Shown: positions 1-9,327 of the stretch, in pieces | Position numbering within the stretch: the stretch's first letter is position 1 | Layout: each line of letters begins with the position of its first letter | From: an uncultured Candidatus Saccharimonas sp. | GTDB lineage: Bacteria; Patescibacteriota; Saccharimonadia; Saccharimonadales; OMJO01 | Direction: 5' to 3' | Length of the DNA stretch: 56,846 nucleotides | Assembly: GCA_943353165.1 (NCBI GenBank) | Contig: CALRAM010000004.1 | Span: 1-56,846, forward strand | The notes under the pieces: generated by a model | What the model was told of the DNA's origin: nothing | Seen by the model: only the letters and a program-made list of their open reading frames with translations | Database searches by the model: none | Made by a program: the position numbers and the translations under genes

Positions 1-1478
1 CCAAAAGAGATAGCAGTGGGGGATGATGAGCTTGTTGAAGGTCCGTCAATATAATTCCATTTACTCTGCCAGCCCGTATTATCAAACCAGTTCTGCCATA
101 GTCGCCCATCACTACCTCTAGCAAACACATTTATTTTTCCAGGCACTTGCGTGACTGTAGCGGGGGTTCTGCCAAGCCAGACACCTAGTGGAGCGCCCAG
201 AGTTGACCAGGGCCTCCAAGTGGTGGCGTCGTTTTTATACCAACTGTGCCACAGACTTCCATTTCTAGTTTCGAAAACATCCATATGGCCTTCGCCAAAA
301 GAAATACCGGAAGGAGCAGAAGATATAGTGTTAGGCACATCAATATAATTCCATTTACTCTGCCAGCCCGTATTATCAAACCAAGTTTGCCACAGCCTGC
401 TGTCGTAGCCACGAGCAAATGCATTAATTTTACCGGACGACTGGCTAATAATTGCAGGCTCCCATTTGATATTTGTTATATAAACAGATTTTCCAAACCA
501 ATCATTAAACATTCTCCAAAAATTTCGGTTACCATATGCGGAGCAATCGTCTCCCGTGCCATACAAATTGTTAAGTGCTGCTGCGTTTGGTTGATAAGGG
601 GTGTAGTTATAGAGCGCAGCCGTAGCCTGGGTCTGCGGGATGATGTTAGTGCCTCCACAACTTGGATTGTTTTCTTGATATGAGATAAAGCTGTTTCGTC
701 CGATTGCATAGTTAAAGTCACCTGGATCCTTTACGTACTTCTGGAACTGACGGGCACCGTAATAGATCTGTTTGAAAAAGCCCTCAAATTGGTCATAACA
801 GCCATTCTGGTTGGCGTCTACATCAGCTTCAAGTGGGGAGTCTGGACAACCCATTCCAGTTGCCTTGGTGTACTGTAACAGCCACGGCCAGTCGTCAGTT
901 ATAAGGCTTTGTTCTTTCTGTAGGGTTATGAGTATGACCTGCGGGTTAATATTACATGCCACAGCAACTTCTTTAATGATTGTCGCAGCGGATTTCACTC
1001 CAGCACCCACGCTACCGGGGCAGTATGCATCAGGACCAATACCGGGGATATTTTGGGTAAAATCCTTCAGACAGGTATAGGGCGCGGTAGCTCCTTTAGT
1101 GTATTTTCCTTGTGCAGTGCGCCAATTATCGTAACGCTGGCCGTAGGTCGCTCTTGATGTGGTCACTGAAGGATCTGCAGGCTCTGAATCATTACCGTAG
1201 AAATCAACTCTACCTGTTAAGGAATTGTATTTATAAGTATGTGATTGTACTCCGTTTACATCACAAGACGAGAGCTTGGCGTTTAGGAAATTCTGAATTT
1301 CTTGCGTATTAATAGAGTTGGGGTTAAAGAATATTGAATCGTCGATGATCCGAGCAGGGTTCCAGTCGCTGGCAGTAACCGCGCTGGCTTTTAGGGGTGG
1401 CAAAAAAATCGTTATTAATGGAGTAAAGCTTAAGCTAAGAGCAGTGAAGAGACAAATAGAACGTACAATACTTTTCAT
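1..1478 (-). CDS. secreted protein, C-terminus cut by the window edge. It has a signal peptide, an N-terminal globular domain of uncertain function, and W-rich beta-propeller-type repeats (PLL/tectonin/DUF346-like).
   Basis: Absent from the supplied ORF track because there is no stop inside the window. Own translation of the minus strand from ATG (1478..1476) gives MKSIVRSICLFTALSLSFTPLITIFLPPLKASAVTASDWNP...ILITLQKEQSLITDDWPW..., and the frame stays open down to nt 1. Repeats: GKINAFARGYDSRLWQTWFDNTGWQSKWNYID and GKINVFARGSDGRLWQNWFDNTGWQSKWNYID. The start overlaps the stop of the upstream gene (TGATG). Confidence 0.8.
   Translation of the reverse strand, partial: MKSIVRSICLFTALSLSFTPLITIFLPPLKASAVTASDWNPARIIDDSIFFNPNSINTQEIQNFLNAKLSSCDVNGVQSHTYKYNSLTGRVDFYGNDSEPADPSVTTSRATYGQRYDNWRTAQGKYTKGATAPYTCLKDFTQNIPGIGPDAYCPGSVGAGVKSAATIIKEVAVACNINPQVILITLQKEQSLITDDWPWLLQYTKATGMGCPDSPLEADVDANQNGCYDQFEGFFKQIYYGARQFQKYVKDPGDFNYAIGRNSFISYQENNPSCGGTNIIPQTQATAALYNYTPYQPNAAALNNLYGTGDDCSAYGNRNFWRMFNDWFGKSVYITNIKWEPAIISQSSGKINAFARGYDSRLWQTWFDNTGWQSKWNYIDVPNTISSAPSGISFGEGHMDVFETRNGSLWHSWYKNDATTWRPWSTLGAPLGVWLGRTPATVTQVPGKINVFARGSDGRLWQNWFDNTGWQSKWNYIDGPSTSSSSPTAISF
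46..383. repeat. exact 44-nt direct repeat (46..89 and 340..383) inside the CDS, reflecting near-identical propeller blades
   Basis: tcaatataattccatttactctgccagcccgtattatcaaacca occurs twice, 294 nt apart. It encodes WFDNTGWQSKWNYID on the minus strand. Confidence 0.9.
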
Positions 1479-2047
1479 CATTGGATCTCTAAATTAGTGG
1501 AAGGGGATGTGCCGATAGCTTTAGAAGAGGAATACGATAGAGTAATCGACCAATTGCCTTTACTAGGAAAGTCAGAGGAGCTGAGTGTAATTAGTTTGCA
1601 GTTGGTGTTGGCCACATTAATAAAGCCAGCAGAAGTCTTAGTGAAAGTTACCGTGCCTTTCGTAAAAGTTGCTGTGCACGTGCCTCCGTCTTCGGCGATG
1701 CCTGAAACAAATCCACGCAATTCAGCCTGAGAGGCGCTGGTTATAACCGGATTAACGGCTCTTTTACCATCAACAGAAGTCTTTGGAGTGGTGACTGGAC
1801 CTTCAGCCATCTGTCTTTTTGCGTCGGCGGTGGCCTCTGCTTCTTGTTTTCGCTGTTCAGGAGTCGGCCCAGACGGTTGGTTTGTTTGTGGAGCGGGTCT
1901 CCCTGGCTTAATAAAATTAATTACATTTGTTTTTTCCAGCACCAGTATTAAAAGTGCCATAGCCATAAAAAAGGCCAAACCCCAGAGCAGTTTTCTGAGT
2001 GTTAAAATGGACCGCTTCATCCGTGAATTCTTGCGCTTTATTTTCAT
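1478..2047 (-). CDS. hypothetical membrane-anchored protein (N-terminal TM helix, Pro/Gln-rich linker, small beta-rich C-domain)
   Basis: 189-aa ORF. The basic N-terminus is followed by the hydrophobic stretch LLWGLAFFMAMALLILVL. It is translationally coupled to the downstream secreted protein. Confidence 0.65.
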   Translation of the reverse strand: MKIKRKNSRMKRSILTLRKLLWGLAFFMAMALLILVLEKTNVINFIKPGRPAPQTNQPSGPTPEQRKQEAEATADAKRQMAEGPVTTPKTSVDGKRAVNPVITSASQAELRGFVSGIAEDGGTCTATFTKGTVTFTKTSAGFINVANTNCKLITLSSSDFPSKGNWSITLSYSSSKAIGTSPSTNLEIQ

Positions 2048-2199
2048 ATGTTTATTTTACTACTTTTACGTAAGCATTTTATAATAATTATCCTAATTTG
2101 TACAGTAGCCATAACAACATTGGCGATGTGTGCGCTATAATAACTTCTTACTAAAGAAGCAACGGTGGACCCAATTGATGTCTGTTATAATAATGCGTA

Positions 2200-3246
2200 A
2201 TGATTATTGTAATAATAGCCGGAGGGTCAGGAACACGGCTGTGGCCGTTGTCTACGCCGGAGTATCCAAAACATTTATTAACAATAATCGGGGATAACTC
2301 ACTACTTCAAAATACCTTTGAGCGAGCAAAGCGTATTACGAGTGTAGATAAAATCTATATTTCTACAGAAGCCAGCCATTCGGACCACGTAATTAAGCAA
2401 CTGCCAGAGTTAAAATCTGATCAAATTATTATTGAACCAGCGCGCCGCGATACCATGCCGTGTATCTCTAACGCATTGCAGTTTATAGGCTCTAGACATG
2501 GCGTTGATGAGCCAATCGCATCTATTCATGCGGATCATCACATTCGCGATGTAAATGGATTTGCTGAAGCAATCAAAAGAGCAGGTGCAATTTCACAGAA
2601 GCATAATCGGATAATATTGCTCGGGATGGAGCCAACACACCCGGATATCAAATATGGCTACATACAAAAAGGGGATGTTTTCGATAACGGAACTCTGGCC
2701 CATGAAATAAAGAGCTTTAAAGAAAAGCCGGCACATCCAAAGGCTTTAGAATATTACGAGAGTGGTGAATACCTGTGGAATATGGGATATTTTGTTGCGC
2801 CATATAGGGTTTTTGCGGAAACTATTAGAAAGTTTGCTGATAAGCATTGGATACAGCAGCTGGATCGGCTGGCAAATGAAACTAGTAAATCTAAAAGAGA
2901 CGCCATATATTTAGACTTTAAAAAGGAAGCTATCGATACAGCACTCATGGAAAAAGTTCCTGATCTGCTGGTTATCCCTGGTACTTTTGACTGGATGGAT
3001 GTTGGGTCGTTTGATGATGTTCATAAAGTAAGCGCCCAGGACCAGAATGGCAATGCAGTAAAAGGTGACAACGTACATGTTTTGGATAGTGCACAGGTAT
3101 ACGTTAGAAATGACACTGGCAAACCCGTAGCGGTAATTGGCATGGACAATGTGGTTATCGTGAATACTGAACACGGCGTGTTGGTTATGCGCACCGACCA
3201 ATCACAAAAAGTTAAAGACATTGCAAATAAGCTGAAAGGAAAATAA
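2200..3246 (+). CDS. manC: mannose-1-phosphate guanylyltransferase (NTP-transferase family)
   Basis: N-terminal IIAGGSGTRLWPLS nucleotidyl-transferase signature. 348 aa. ATGA overlap with the next gene. Confidence 0.85.
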   Translation: MIIVIIAGGSGTRLWPLSTPEYPKHLLTIIGDNSLLQNTFERAKRITSVDKIYISTEASHSDHVIKQLPELKSDQIIIEPARRDTMPCISNALQFIGSRHGVDEPIASIHADHHIRDVNGFAEAIKRAGAISQKHNRIILLGMEPTHPDIKYGYIQKGDVFDNGTLAHEIKSFKEKPAHPKALEYYESGEYLWNMGYFVAPYRVFAETIRKFADKHWIQQLDRLANETSKSKRDAIYLDFKKEAIDTALMEKVPDLLVIPGTFDWMDVGSFDDVHKVSAQDQNGNAVKGDNVHVLDSAQVYVRNDTGKPVAVIGMDNVVIVNTEHGVLVMRTDQSQKVKDIANKLKGK

Positions 3247-4001
3247 TGAAACGAAAAATAATAGCATTTGACCTAGATGGGACACTGGCAGAAAGCAAAT
3301 CAGCATTAGCTGACGAAATGGCTGAAATCCTAAATGAGCTACTTGCACATTTCCAGGTTTGCGTAATTTCTGGAGGTAAGTTTGAGCAGTTCGAAAAACA
3401 GCTACTAGATAACCTGAAGGCCGACCCAATCAAACTGGAAGCGCTACATTTGATGCCGACCTGTGGTACTCGATACTACAACTACAATGTAGTAGAGGCA
3501 AATTGGCGTCTAGTATATACGGAAGATTTTACCAAAAACGAAAAAAATAAGATTATAGATGCCTTGAACAAGGCTTTGGATAAAACAGGCATGAGAGAAG
3601 AAAAACTATGGGGTGAAATAATAGAAGATAGGGGTAGTCAAGTTACTCTATCGGCGCTGGGGCAAGAAGCGCCAGTAGGTGCCAAAGAAGCATGGGACCC
3701 TGACCAGTCAAAAAAGGAAAGACTGAGAAAGGAAATAGCCGAATTAATACCCGAGTTCGAAGTGCGAGCAGGCGGCACGACATCAATAGATATTACGAAG
3801 CTTGGCATAGACAAAGCCTATGGCATGAAAAAGTTAATGGAGATGCTTGAAGTTAGCAAAGAAGAGATCCTGTTTTTTGGAGATAGACTAGCTGAGGGCG
3901 GAAATGATTATCCTGTAATGGCTATGGGTATTGATTCGCTGGAAGTATCGCACTGGCAGGATACGGCCCTGGCGTTAAGGGCGATATTGGCAGTTACTTA
4001 G
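3246..4001 (+). CDS. HAD-IIB hydrolase, phosphomannomutase-like
   Basis: HAD motifs FDLDGTL (I), VISGG (II) and FFGDRLAEGGNDYPV (III/IV). Coupled to manC. Confidence 0.8.
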   Translation: MKRKIIAFDLDGTLAESKSALADEMAEILNELLAHFQVCVISGGKFEQFEKQLLDNLKADPIKLEALHLMPTCGTRYYNYNVVEANWRLVYTEDFTKNEKNKIIDALNKALDKTGMREEKLWGEIIEDRGSQVTLSALGQEAPVGAKEAWDPDQSKKERLRKEIAELIPEFEVRAGGTTSIDITKLGIDKAYGMKKLMEMLEVSKEEILFFGDRLAEGGNDYPVMAMGIDSLEVSHWQDTALALRAILAVT

Positions 4002-5157
4002 CGGGGTTTTGGTGCGACTGTATATAGTTCGACAGTTGGGCTTGGAAGGTTTTGGTGCTGAACTTTTCTGATTGGTTGACGATATCTGTGCGAACGAAAC
4101 GCAGTGATTGGAACTTTGAAATGGCTCCAACCAGGCTGTCTACAGTTTGATCTGCAAAGAATACACCAGTTTTGCCGTCTATGACATAGTCTAGCGCCCC
4201 GCCCCCACGGTAGGCGATGACAGGCGTACCCGATGCCATGGCTTCGACTGGGGCGATGCCAAAATCTTCTATGCCAGGAAACAGGAATGCTTCGGCCGAT
4301 TGCAGATAGTGGGGAAGCTCGGCGTCTGTGACATTGCGCAGAAAAGTGACAGATTTGCCAGCCAACTTTTTCAGTTTTTTGTGTTCTGGACCGTTGCCTA
4401 TTACTACCAATGGGAGGTTCAGCTGGGTGCAGGCAGCGACCGCCAGATCTATACGTTTGTATGGGGTTTGGCGGCCAGTTATGACAAAACCTTTGCGTTT
4501 GTTTGGCAGGTCATGTTTTAGGACTGGAGTCTGAAACCTCTTTGTGTCGACCGGTGGATGTATGACTGTAGAATCACGGCCATAATATTTTTTTATTTGC
4601 TGCTGAATGTGCGTGGAAATGGCAATTATATAGTCTGGACGTTGAGCTGCGGCGTAGTCCCATTTGCGTAGTGGCTTTAGCAGTATTTTTAGACCCAAGC
4701 GAGCAACAGGGTCCAGCCGCCCAAACCCTGGGTTTGACAAATACTGTTCGTAGCGACTCCAGTAGTAATGTGTTGGCGCGTACATATAGGCGACGTGAGT
4801 TGTTTTGGGCGCTGGTTGGTTCAATATAGACGCCATCCAACTACGGCGCTTTACACGGACGCCTTTGGCCTCTGCGCCACTAGATGAAATGACGAGGTCG
4901 TAAGCGGACAGATTCAAGTGCGAGAACCACATCATTCGTAGATATGGTATGTATTTGCGGAGAGCCGAAAAAGGCCAGTATTGGAGGTAGCCGGTAACTA
5001 GTTTGCCGTCTAGCTGTTTTTGCCATCCAGCGGTGGCGTACGATGCGTAAATGGGCGCTTCTGGATACATATGATGTAGTTCTAGGATAACTTTTTCGGA
5101 GCCTCCGGATAGTAGCCAGTCGCAGATAATCGCTACTTTTTTGGGGTCGTCTTTCAT
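3994..5157 (-). CDS. glycosyltransferase family 4
   Basis: C-terminal GT-B motif FLFPGIEDFGIAPVEAMASGTPVIAYRGGGALDYV. 387 aa. Confidence 0.85.
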   Translation of the reverse strand: MKDDPKKVAIICDWLLSGGSEKVILELHHMYPEAPIYASYATAGWQKQLDGKLVTGYLQYWPFSALRKYIPYLRMMWFSHLNLSAYDLVISSSGAEAKGVRVKRRSWMASILNQPAPKTTHVAYMYAPTHYYWSRYEQYLSNPGFGRLDPVARLGLKILLKPLRKWDYAAAQRPDYIIAISTHIQQQIKKYYGRDSTVIHPPVDTKRFQTPVLKHDLPNKRKGFVITGRQTPYKRIDLAVAACTQLNLPLVVIGNGPEHKKLKKLAGKSVTFLRNVTDAELPHYLQSAEAFLFPGIEDFGIAPVEAMASGTPVIAYRGGGALDYVIDGKTGVFFADQTVDSLVGAISKFQSLRFVRTDIVNQSEKFSTKTFQAQLSNYIQSHQNPAK

Positions 5158-6587
5158 GATGCTCCGTTGCCAGATAGCACCGCACGCAGAGTTTTGAGCA
5201 GGATACTAATATCTAGCCAAAAACTCCAGTTTTGGACATAGTAGACATCTAGGCGTCGGCGTTCCTCGAAGCTGATGTTGCGACGTCCAGATATCTGGGC
5301 CAGTCCAGTCAAGCCAGACTTTACGCTGAGTATAGTGTGTCTTTTTTTGTACTCCTGTAGCTCGCTGGCTACTAGCGAACGCGGGCCTACCAGGCTGATG
5401 TCGCCCTTTATGACATTTATCAGCTGAGGTAGTTCGTCCAGACTATAGCGACGCATAAACTTGCCGAATGGTGTTATGCGGAAGTCGTCTTTTAGTTGGT
5501 TGCCGTTTTTTCTGTACTGGTCCAGTAGCTCGGGTTTGCCGACCATATCGAATACTTCCTGATCGGTCTTTCCATCGTATTTGGCGTAGTGGGAACGAAA
5601 CTTGTAAACCTTGAATACGGTGTCGTGACGGGTTAGTCTATTCTGCTGCTTGCCACGCATCAGGACTGGACCATTCAAATCAGTCAGCTTTACCAGGACG
5701 GCAATTATCAGCATCAACGGCGATACGACTATCAAAAACAGACCACCTGCCAACAGGTCAAATAAGCGTTTGGCTATCCGTCCCCAACCTATTAGGGCTG
5801 TTTGGTGAACGGTAATCATAGGAATACCATTTGCAAATAATTCGACGGCCATTTTGCCTACATACAGGTCGCTATTTCCGGGAACAAACCTGTAGGATAT
5901 GTGGTTTTGTTGAGCATATTGGAGGATGGCATCGTTTTTAGACTGGTCTGCGTATAGCTGGGTCTGGATAATGCTCTGGAGAGATTCTTTTAGGTTATGA
6001 GTGGCTTCAGAAAATGAAGAGAAGTTGGTAAAATCTCCAGAATGGCGTCCAACTATTCCCAGAACTCGTTGCCCTGTCAGGGCTGTGTTTTGGATGGCAG
6101 AGGCGACTACCAGCGACTGGTCGGAATCTCCTACGATAAGTACGTTTGTTACCCAAATACCATATGAATAGAGTAATCTTTTGAATATCCTAGCCAAGGA
6201 CCTAAATAGCAGCAAAAACCCAAACCCAAGCACCAAGGCATAAACTGTGACCAAGCGTGATGGAAACAGCTTGCCGTTTGTCAGAAAATTGTATCCTATC
6301 AGAACCAATATACCCATTGTTGAGCCAACAAACAGGCGACCTAGTTCCGAAAAACGTTTTTCGTAGACATCTGACAGGTACAGTCCAATAAAAGAATGAA
6401 CGGCAATCCATAGAGGCAACACATAGGCCAAACTCGTAAAGTAAGTGCGGGCCGAAATGAGGTCGTTTATGGGCCGATGGTCGAACTTTACACGGAGTAT
6501 ATAGGCCAAACTAAAGGCTGCCAAAAGGGCTACGAAATCTCCGATTATCAACAAAAGGGCATAGGCGAAAGAAGCGTTGTTTTTCAT
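5154..6587 (-). CDS. polyprenyl-phosphate glycosyl-1-phosphate transferase (WbaP/bacterial sugar transferase family)
   Basis: Multiple N-terminal TM helices. C-terminal DELPQLINVIKGDISLVGPR and RLDVYYVQNWSFWLDISIL motifs. ATGA overlap with the GT4 gene. Confidence 0.9.
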   Translation of the reverse strand: MKNNASFAYALLLIIGDFVALLAAFSLAYILRVKFDHRPINDLISARTYFTSLAYVLPLWIAVHSFIGLYLSDVYEKRFSELGRLFVGSTMGILVLIGYNFLTNGKLFPSRLVTVYALVLGFGFLLLFRSLARIFKRLLYSYGIWVTNVLIVGDSDQSLVVASAIQNTALTGQRVLGIVGRHSGDFTNFSSFSEATHNLKESLQSIIQTQLYADQSKNDAILQYAQQNHISYRFVPGNSDLYVGKMAVELFANGIPMITVHQTALIGWGRIAKRLFDLLAGGLFLIVVSPLMLIIAVLVKLTDLNGPVLMRGKQQNRLTRHDTVFKVYKFRSHYAKYDGKTDQEVFDMVGKPELLDQYRKNGNQLKDDFRITPFGKFMRRYSLDELPQLINVIKGDISLVGPRSLVASELQEYKKRHTILSVKSGLTGLAQISGRRNISFEERRRLDVYYVQNWSFWLDISILLKTLRAVLSGNGAS

Positions 6588-6638
6588 ATAATAAGTATAT
6601 TATATAACACCGCTGATAATTGGCTAAACTCTACGATG

Positions 6639-8327
6639 TTACCAGGTGACACCTGAACCCTGTGTGTAGGTGCTACCCAGAATAATAATGTAGTCTGGCT
6701 GAGGAGTTGTGGTCCCACTGTTGCTGGTGCTGTTTGACGGCAAGTCTGTAGCAGGCACTACACCGTTTGGTAGGTCATGGGTAATGCCGGTGTTGAATCT
6801 GACGCTTAGATAACGGTCCGTGTAGGGCTTTGCGTCTTTGGTAATTTTGACTATTAGGGTTTGAGATTGCGTGTTGTTGCCAGTGCCTTTTGTCAGCACA
6901 TTGTAGCCATAGCTGGATAGTATATCGCCCACAAATGTTGCTATGCCGGCCGAGCCACCTGCATTGTAGATGGCTATTTTGGGAGATTCTTTGCGTATCA
7001 GGGGGTCTATCATGTTTTTTCTGGCATAGGCACGGATTTGGCTGTAGTCTGACTGACCAGCTTTTGGCAACACAACCGACAGGCCATTTATGTTCCCCGT
7101 AGTTATCAGTGGGCCGTCTGGCTTTGCTAGGTCCAAAGAAATTATGCTGGCGTCCATCATAGATTTTGTTCTTTCGTACAGGGTTCGCGCTTCGTCTAGG
7201 GACAGGTCTGTTCTAATGTTCTTTTGGACGGCATTGGCCAGGCTATTTAGCCGAACAGGATTGGCTATGATACCGGTGCTGGTGGCCTTTGTGCGCATAG
7301 CAACCAGCAACTGCCTCTGGTGTTCGTTTCTGTCAAAGTCGCCCCGAGCACTACCATGCCTGGTACGTGCAAACTGCAATGCTTTGTCTCCGTTCATATT
7401 TTGCAAACCAGCAGGGAACCTCCAACCGGCGAAGCCATCGTAGATTGCTTCTGTCAGCGTGATGTCTACGCCACCCAGAGCGTTTACTACATCACGAAAT
7501 GCCTTGTAATCGGTCAGCACGTATTTGTGAATCGGTACTCCAGCGACTGTTCGAACAGCATCTATACTGGAACGGATACCATCATTTTCTGCATCTTCTT
7601 TGGATTTGCCTTTGTAGGTGGACCGCATCTTTGCGTTGCTGTAGGCTGCATTTATCTTCATGTTTTGGCCGTCTATATTTACCCATGTATCTCTGGGTAT
7701 GCTGAGCAACGAAGTAGTTTGGTTTTGGAGATCGATGCTGGCAATGATAATAGTATCTGTCAAATCCGGGGCCTCGTTCTCTACACCACCACGCCCCAGC
7801 AGTAGTATATTGAATCGGCCATCGCCTTCGGTTTTTAGTAGGTCGGGATTTATATTTTTGCTCAGTGCAGAGGAACCAGAGTTGCCTACATTTTTAGAAA
7901 ATACAGAGTCAAAAAAGCTACGAATTCGTAGACCAAAGACTCCACCCAGTACCAATAGTATGGACAGCAAAAAAATAAATATTTTTAGCTTTAGAGAACG
8001 GTTTTTCCACCAATTCCAGATGCGATGTTTGCGTTTTTTCTTTTCTTTGGGGGTTGGCTGGTCAGCGACCACGTCAAAAGTTTTTTTGTCTAGTGTAGAG
8101 GTAGTGTCAAAATTTCCTAACAAGCGACGGGGTTCATCGGAATCTTTAGATGGTTCTGTATTGGGCGCACGACGCATTCTGTGGCGTGGAGTGGGCGGCG
8201 TGTCAAAATTTCCCAGGTTACCATTTCCCCTATAATAACGGGGTGTTTTTAGAGGGCTATCTGTCTGCAAGATACCGTCTACGGACGTGTTTATTTTTCT
8301 TTTTTTGGAACTTTTTTGGGGTCGCAT
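6639..8327 (-). CDS. LytR-CpsA-Psr (LCP) family glycopolymer transferase with a disordered N-terminus and a LytR_C-like C-terminus
   Basis: FNILLLGRGG...DLTDTIIIASIDL...LLSIPRDTWV core, a single TM helix, and a repeated LGNFDT motif in the N-terminal tail. Confidence 0.88.
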   Translation of the reverse strand: MRPQKSSKKRKINTSVDGILQTDSPLKTPRYYRGNGNLGNFDTPPTPRHRMRRAPNTEPSKDSDEPRRLLGNFDTTSTLDKKTFDVVADQPTPKEKKKRKHRIWNWWKNRSLKLKIFIFLLSILLVLGGVFGLRIRSFFDSVFSKNVGNSGSSALSKNINPDLLKTEGDGRFNILLLGRGGVENEAPDLTDTIIIASIDLQNQTTSLLSIPRDTWVNIDGQNMKINAAYSNAKMRSTYKGKSKEDAENDGIRSSIDAVRTVAGVPIHKYVLTDYKAFRDVVNALGGVDITLTEAIYDGFAGWRFPAGLQNMNGDKALQFARTRHGSARGDFDRNEHQRQLLVAMRTKATSTGIIANPVRLNSLANAVQKNIRTDLSLDEARTLYERTKSMMDASIISLDLAKPDGPLITTGNINGLSVVLPKAGQSDYSQIRAYARKNMIDPLIRKESPKIAIYNAGGSAGIATFVGDILSSYGYNVLTKGTGNNTQSQTLIVKITKDAKPYTDRYLSVRFNTGITHDLPNGVVPATDLPSNSTSNSGTTTPQPDYIIILGSTYTQGSGVTW

Positions 8328-8446
8328 GTATGCTAGATTATAGCACGACTAGCCCGACTTTGGGTGTCTATAAAATCAAAAAAGCGTAGGTTTTTTGGCA
8401 AATCTAGTATAATTGGAGGTATAAACATAATCCTTTTTAGTTATTC

Positions 8447-8881
8447 ATGAATAAAATCAAAAAAACCCGCCAAAAAGTTAATCTTGTGCAATTGACACAG
8501 TATCTGATTAGTGGCGGTGCGTTTTTCTGGTCTGGCTACCTGATGTTTTTTTTGTTGGACAAGCAATTTGGCTGGAGTTTGTGGTGGGCAAAGCTGTCGG
8601 CAAATGTGGTAGGCTGGCTAGTCAACTACACCTTGCAGCGCTACTGGGTATTTAACAATCCTAAACTGGCAAAACATCAGACTGAGGTTACTAGACGCTA
8701 TGCTTTGATAACTGTTGTAAACTTTTTGCTGGATTATGGCATAGTGGCTTCGCTGAAGTACGCTGGTTTGACTCCGTATATTGGGCAGTTCATTGCGGCG
8801 GGCTTCTTTACTGTTTGGAATTATTTTTGGTATCGGTTTTGGGTTTTTCCTACTAAATATTCATCCGCGGGAAAAAGATGA
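8447..8881 (+). CDS. GtrA family membrane protein
   Basis: 144 aa, 4 TM helices, with YLISGGAFFWSGY...RYWVF... typical of GtrA-like proteins. Confidence 0.8.
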   Translation: MNKIKKTRQKVNLVQLTQYLISGGAFFWSGYLMFFLLDKQFGWSLWWAKLSANVVGWLVNYTLQRYWVFNNPKLAKHQTEVTRRYALITVVNFLLDYGIVASLKYAGLTPYIGQFIAAGFFTVWNYFWYRFWVFPTKYSSAGKR

Positions 8882-9327
8882 ACGAAAAGCCTATAATGCC
8901 AACCAAGAAACAGCGAGAATTGCTGACATTTATAGAGGCATTTATAGTTCAAAACAGCTACAGCCCTAGCTACCGCGAAATTATGAAGGGATTAGACTAC
9001 ACATCCGTGGCAACAGTGTCGTTACACGTAAATAGTCTGATAAAGCGCGGACATTTGCGAAAAAGAGAGCACTCAGCCAGGTCTCTGGAAGTAGTATCGC
9101 CCTCCGAAAAACCAAAAGTTTCTACAAATCAGATAAAACCAGCCGAAGAAAAATGGTTGGTAGACAGAGTAGAGCACTATTTTCGAGAACTAGAGTCCGC
9201 CAAACCACCTAATGTCGCCAAACTGGACGAACTATATGTACTGATAGGTGCTATGAAGGTTTTGGGTATGGACGGTGCTGTCACATCTTTTCTGCCTCGA
9301 CTAAAGGCATTGAAGGCTAATAAATGA
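8878..9327 (+). CDS. LexA-type winged-helix DNA-binding protein lacking the S24 peptidase domain
   Basis: The N-terminal sequence TKKQRELLTFIEAFIVQNSYSPSYREIMKGLDYTSVATVSLHVNSLIKRGHLRK matches the LexA DNA-binding domain. The C-terminal ~70 aa have no Ser/Lys protease motifs. ATGA overlaps on both sides. Confidence 0.75.
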   Translation: MNEKPIMPTKKQRELLTFIEAFIVQNSYSPSYREIMKGLDYTSVATVSLHVNSLIKRGHLRKREHSARSLEVVSPSEKPKVSTNQIKPAEEKWLVDRVEHYFRELESAKPPNVAKLDELYVLIGAMKVLGMDGAVTSFLPRLKALKANK

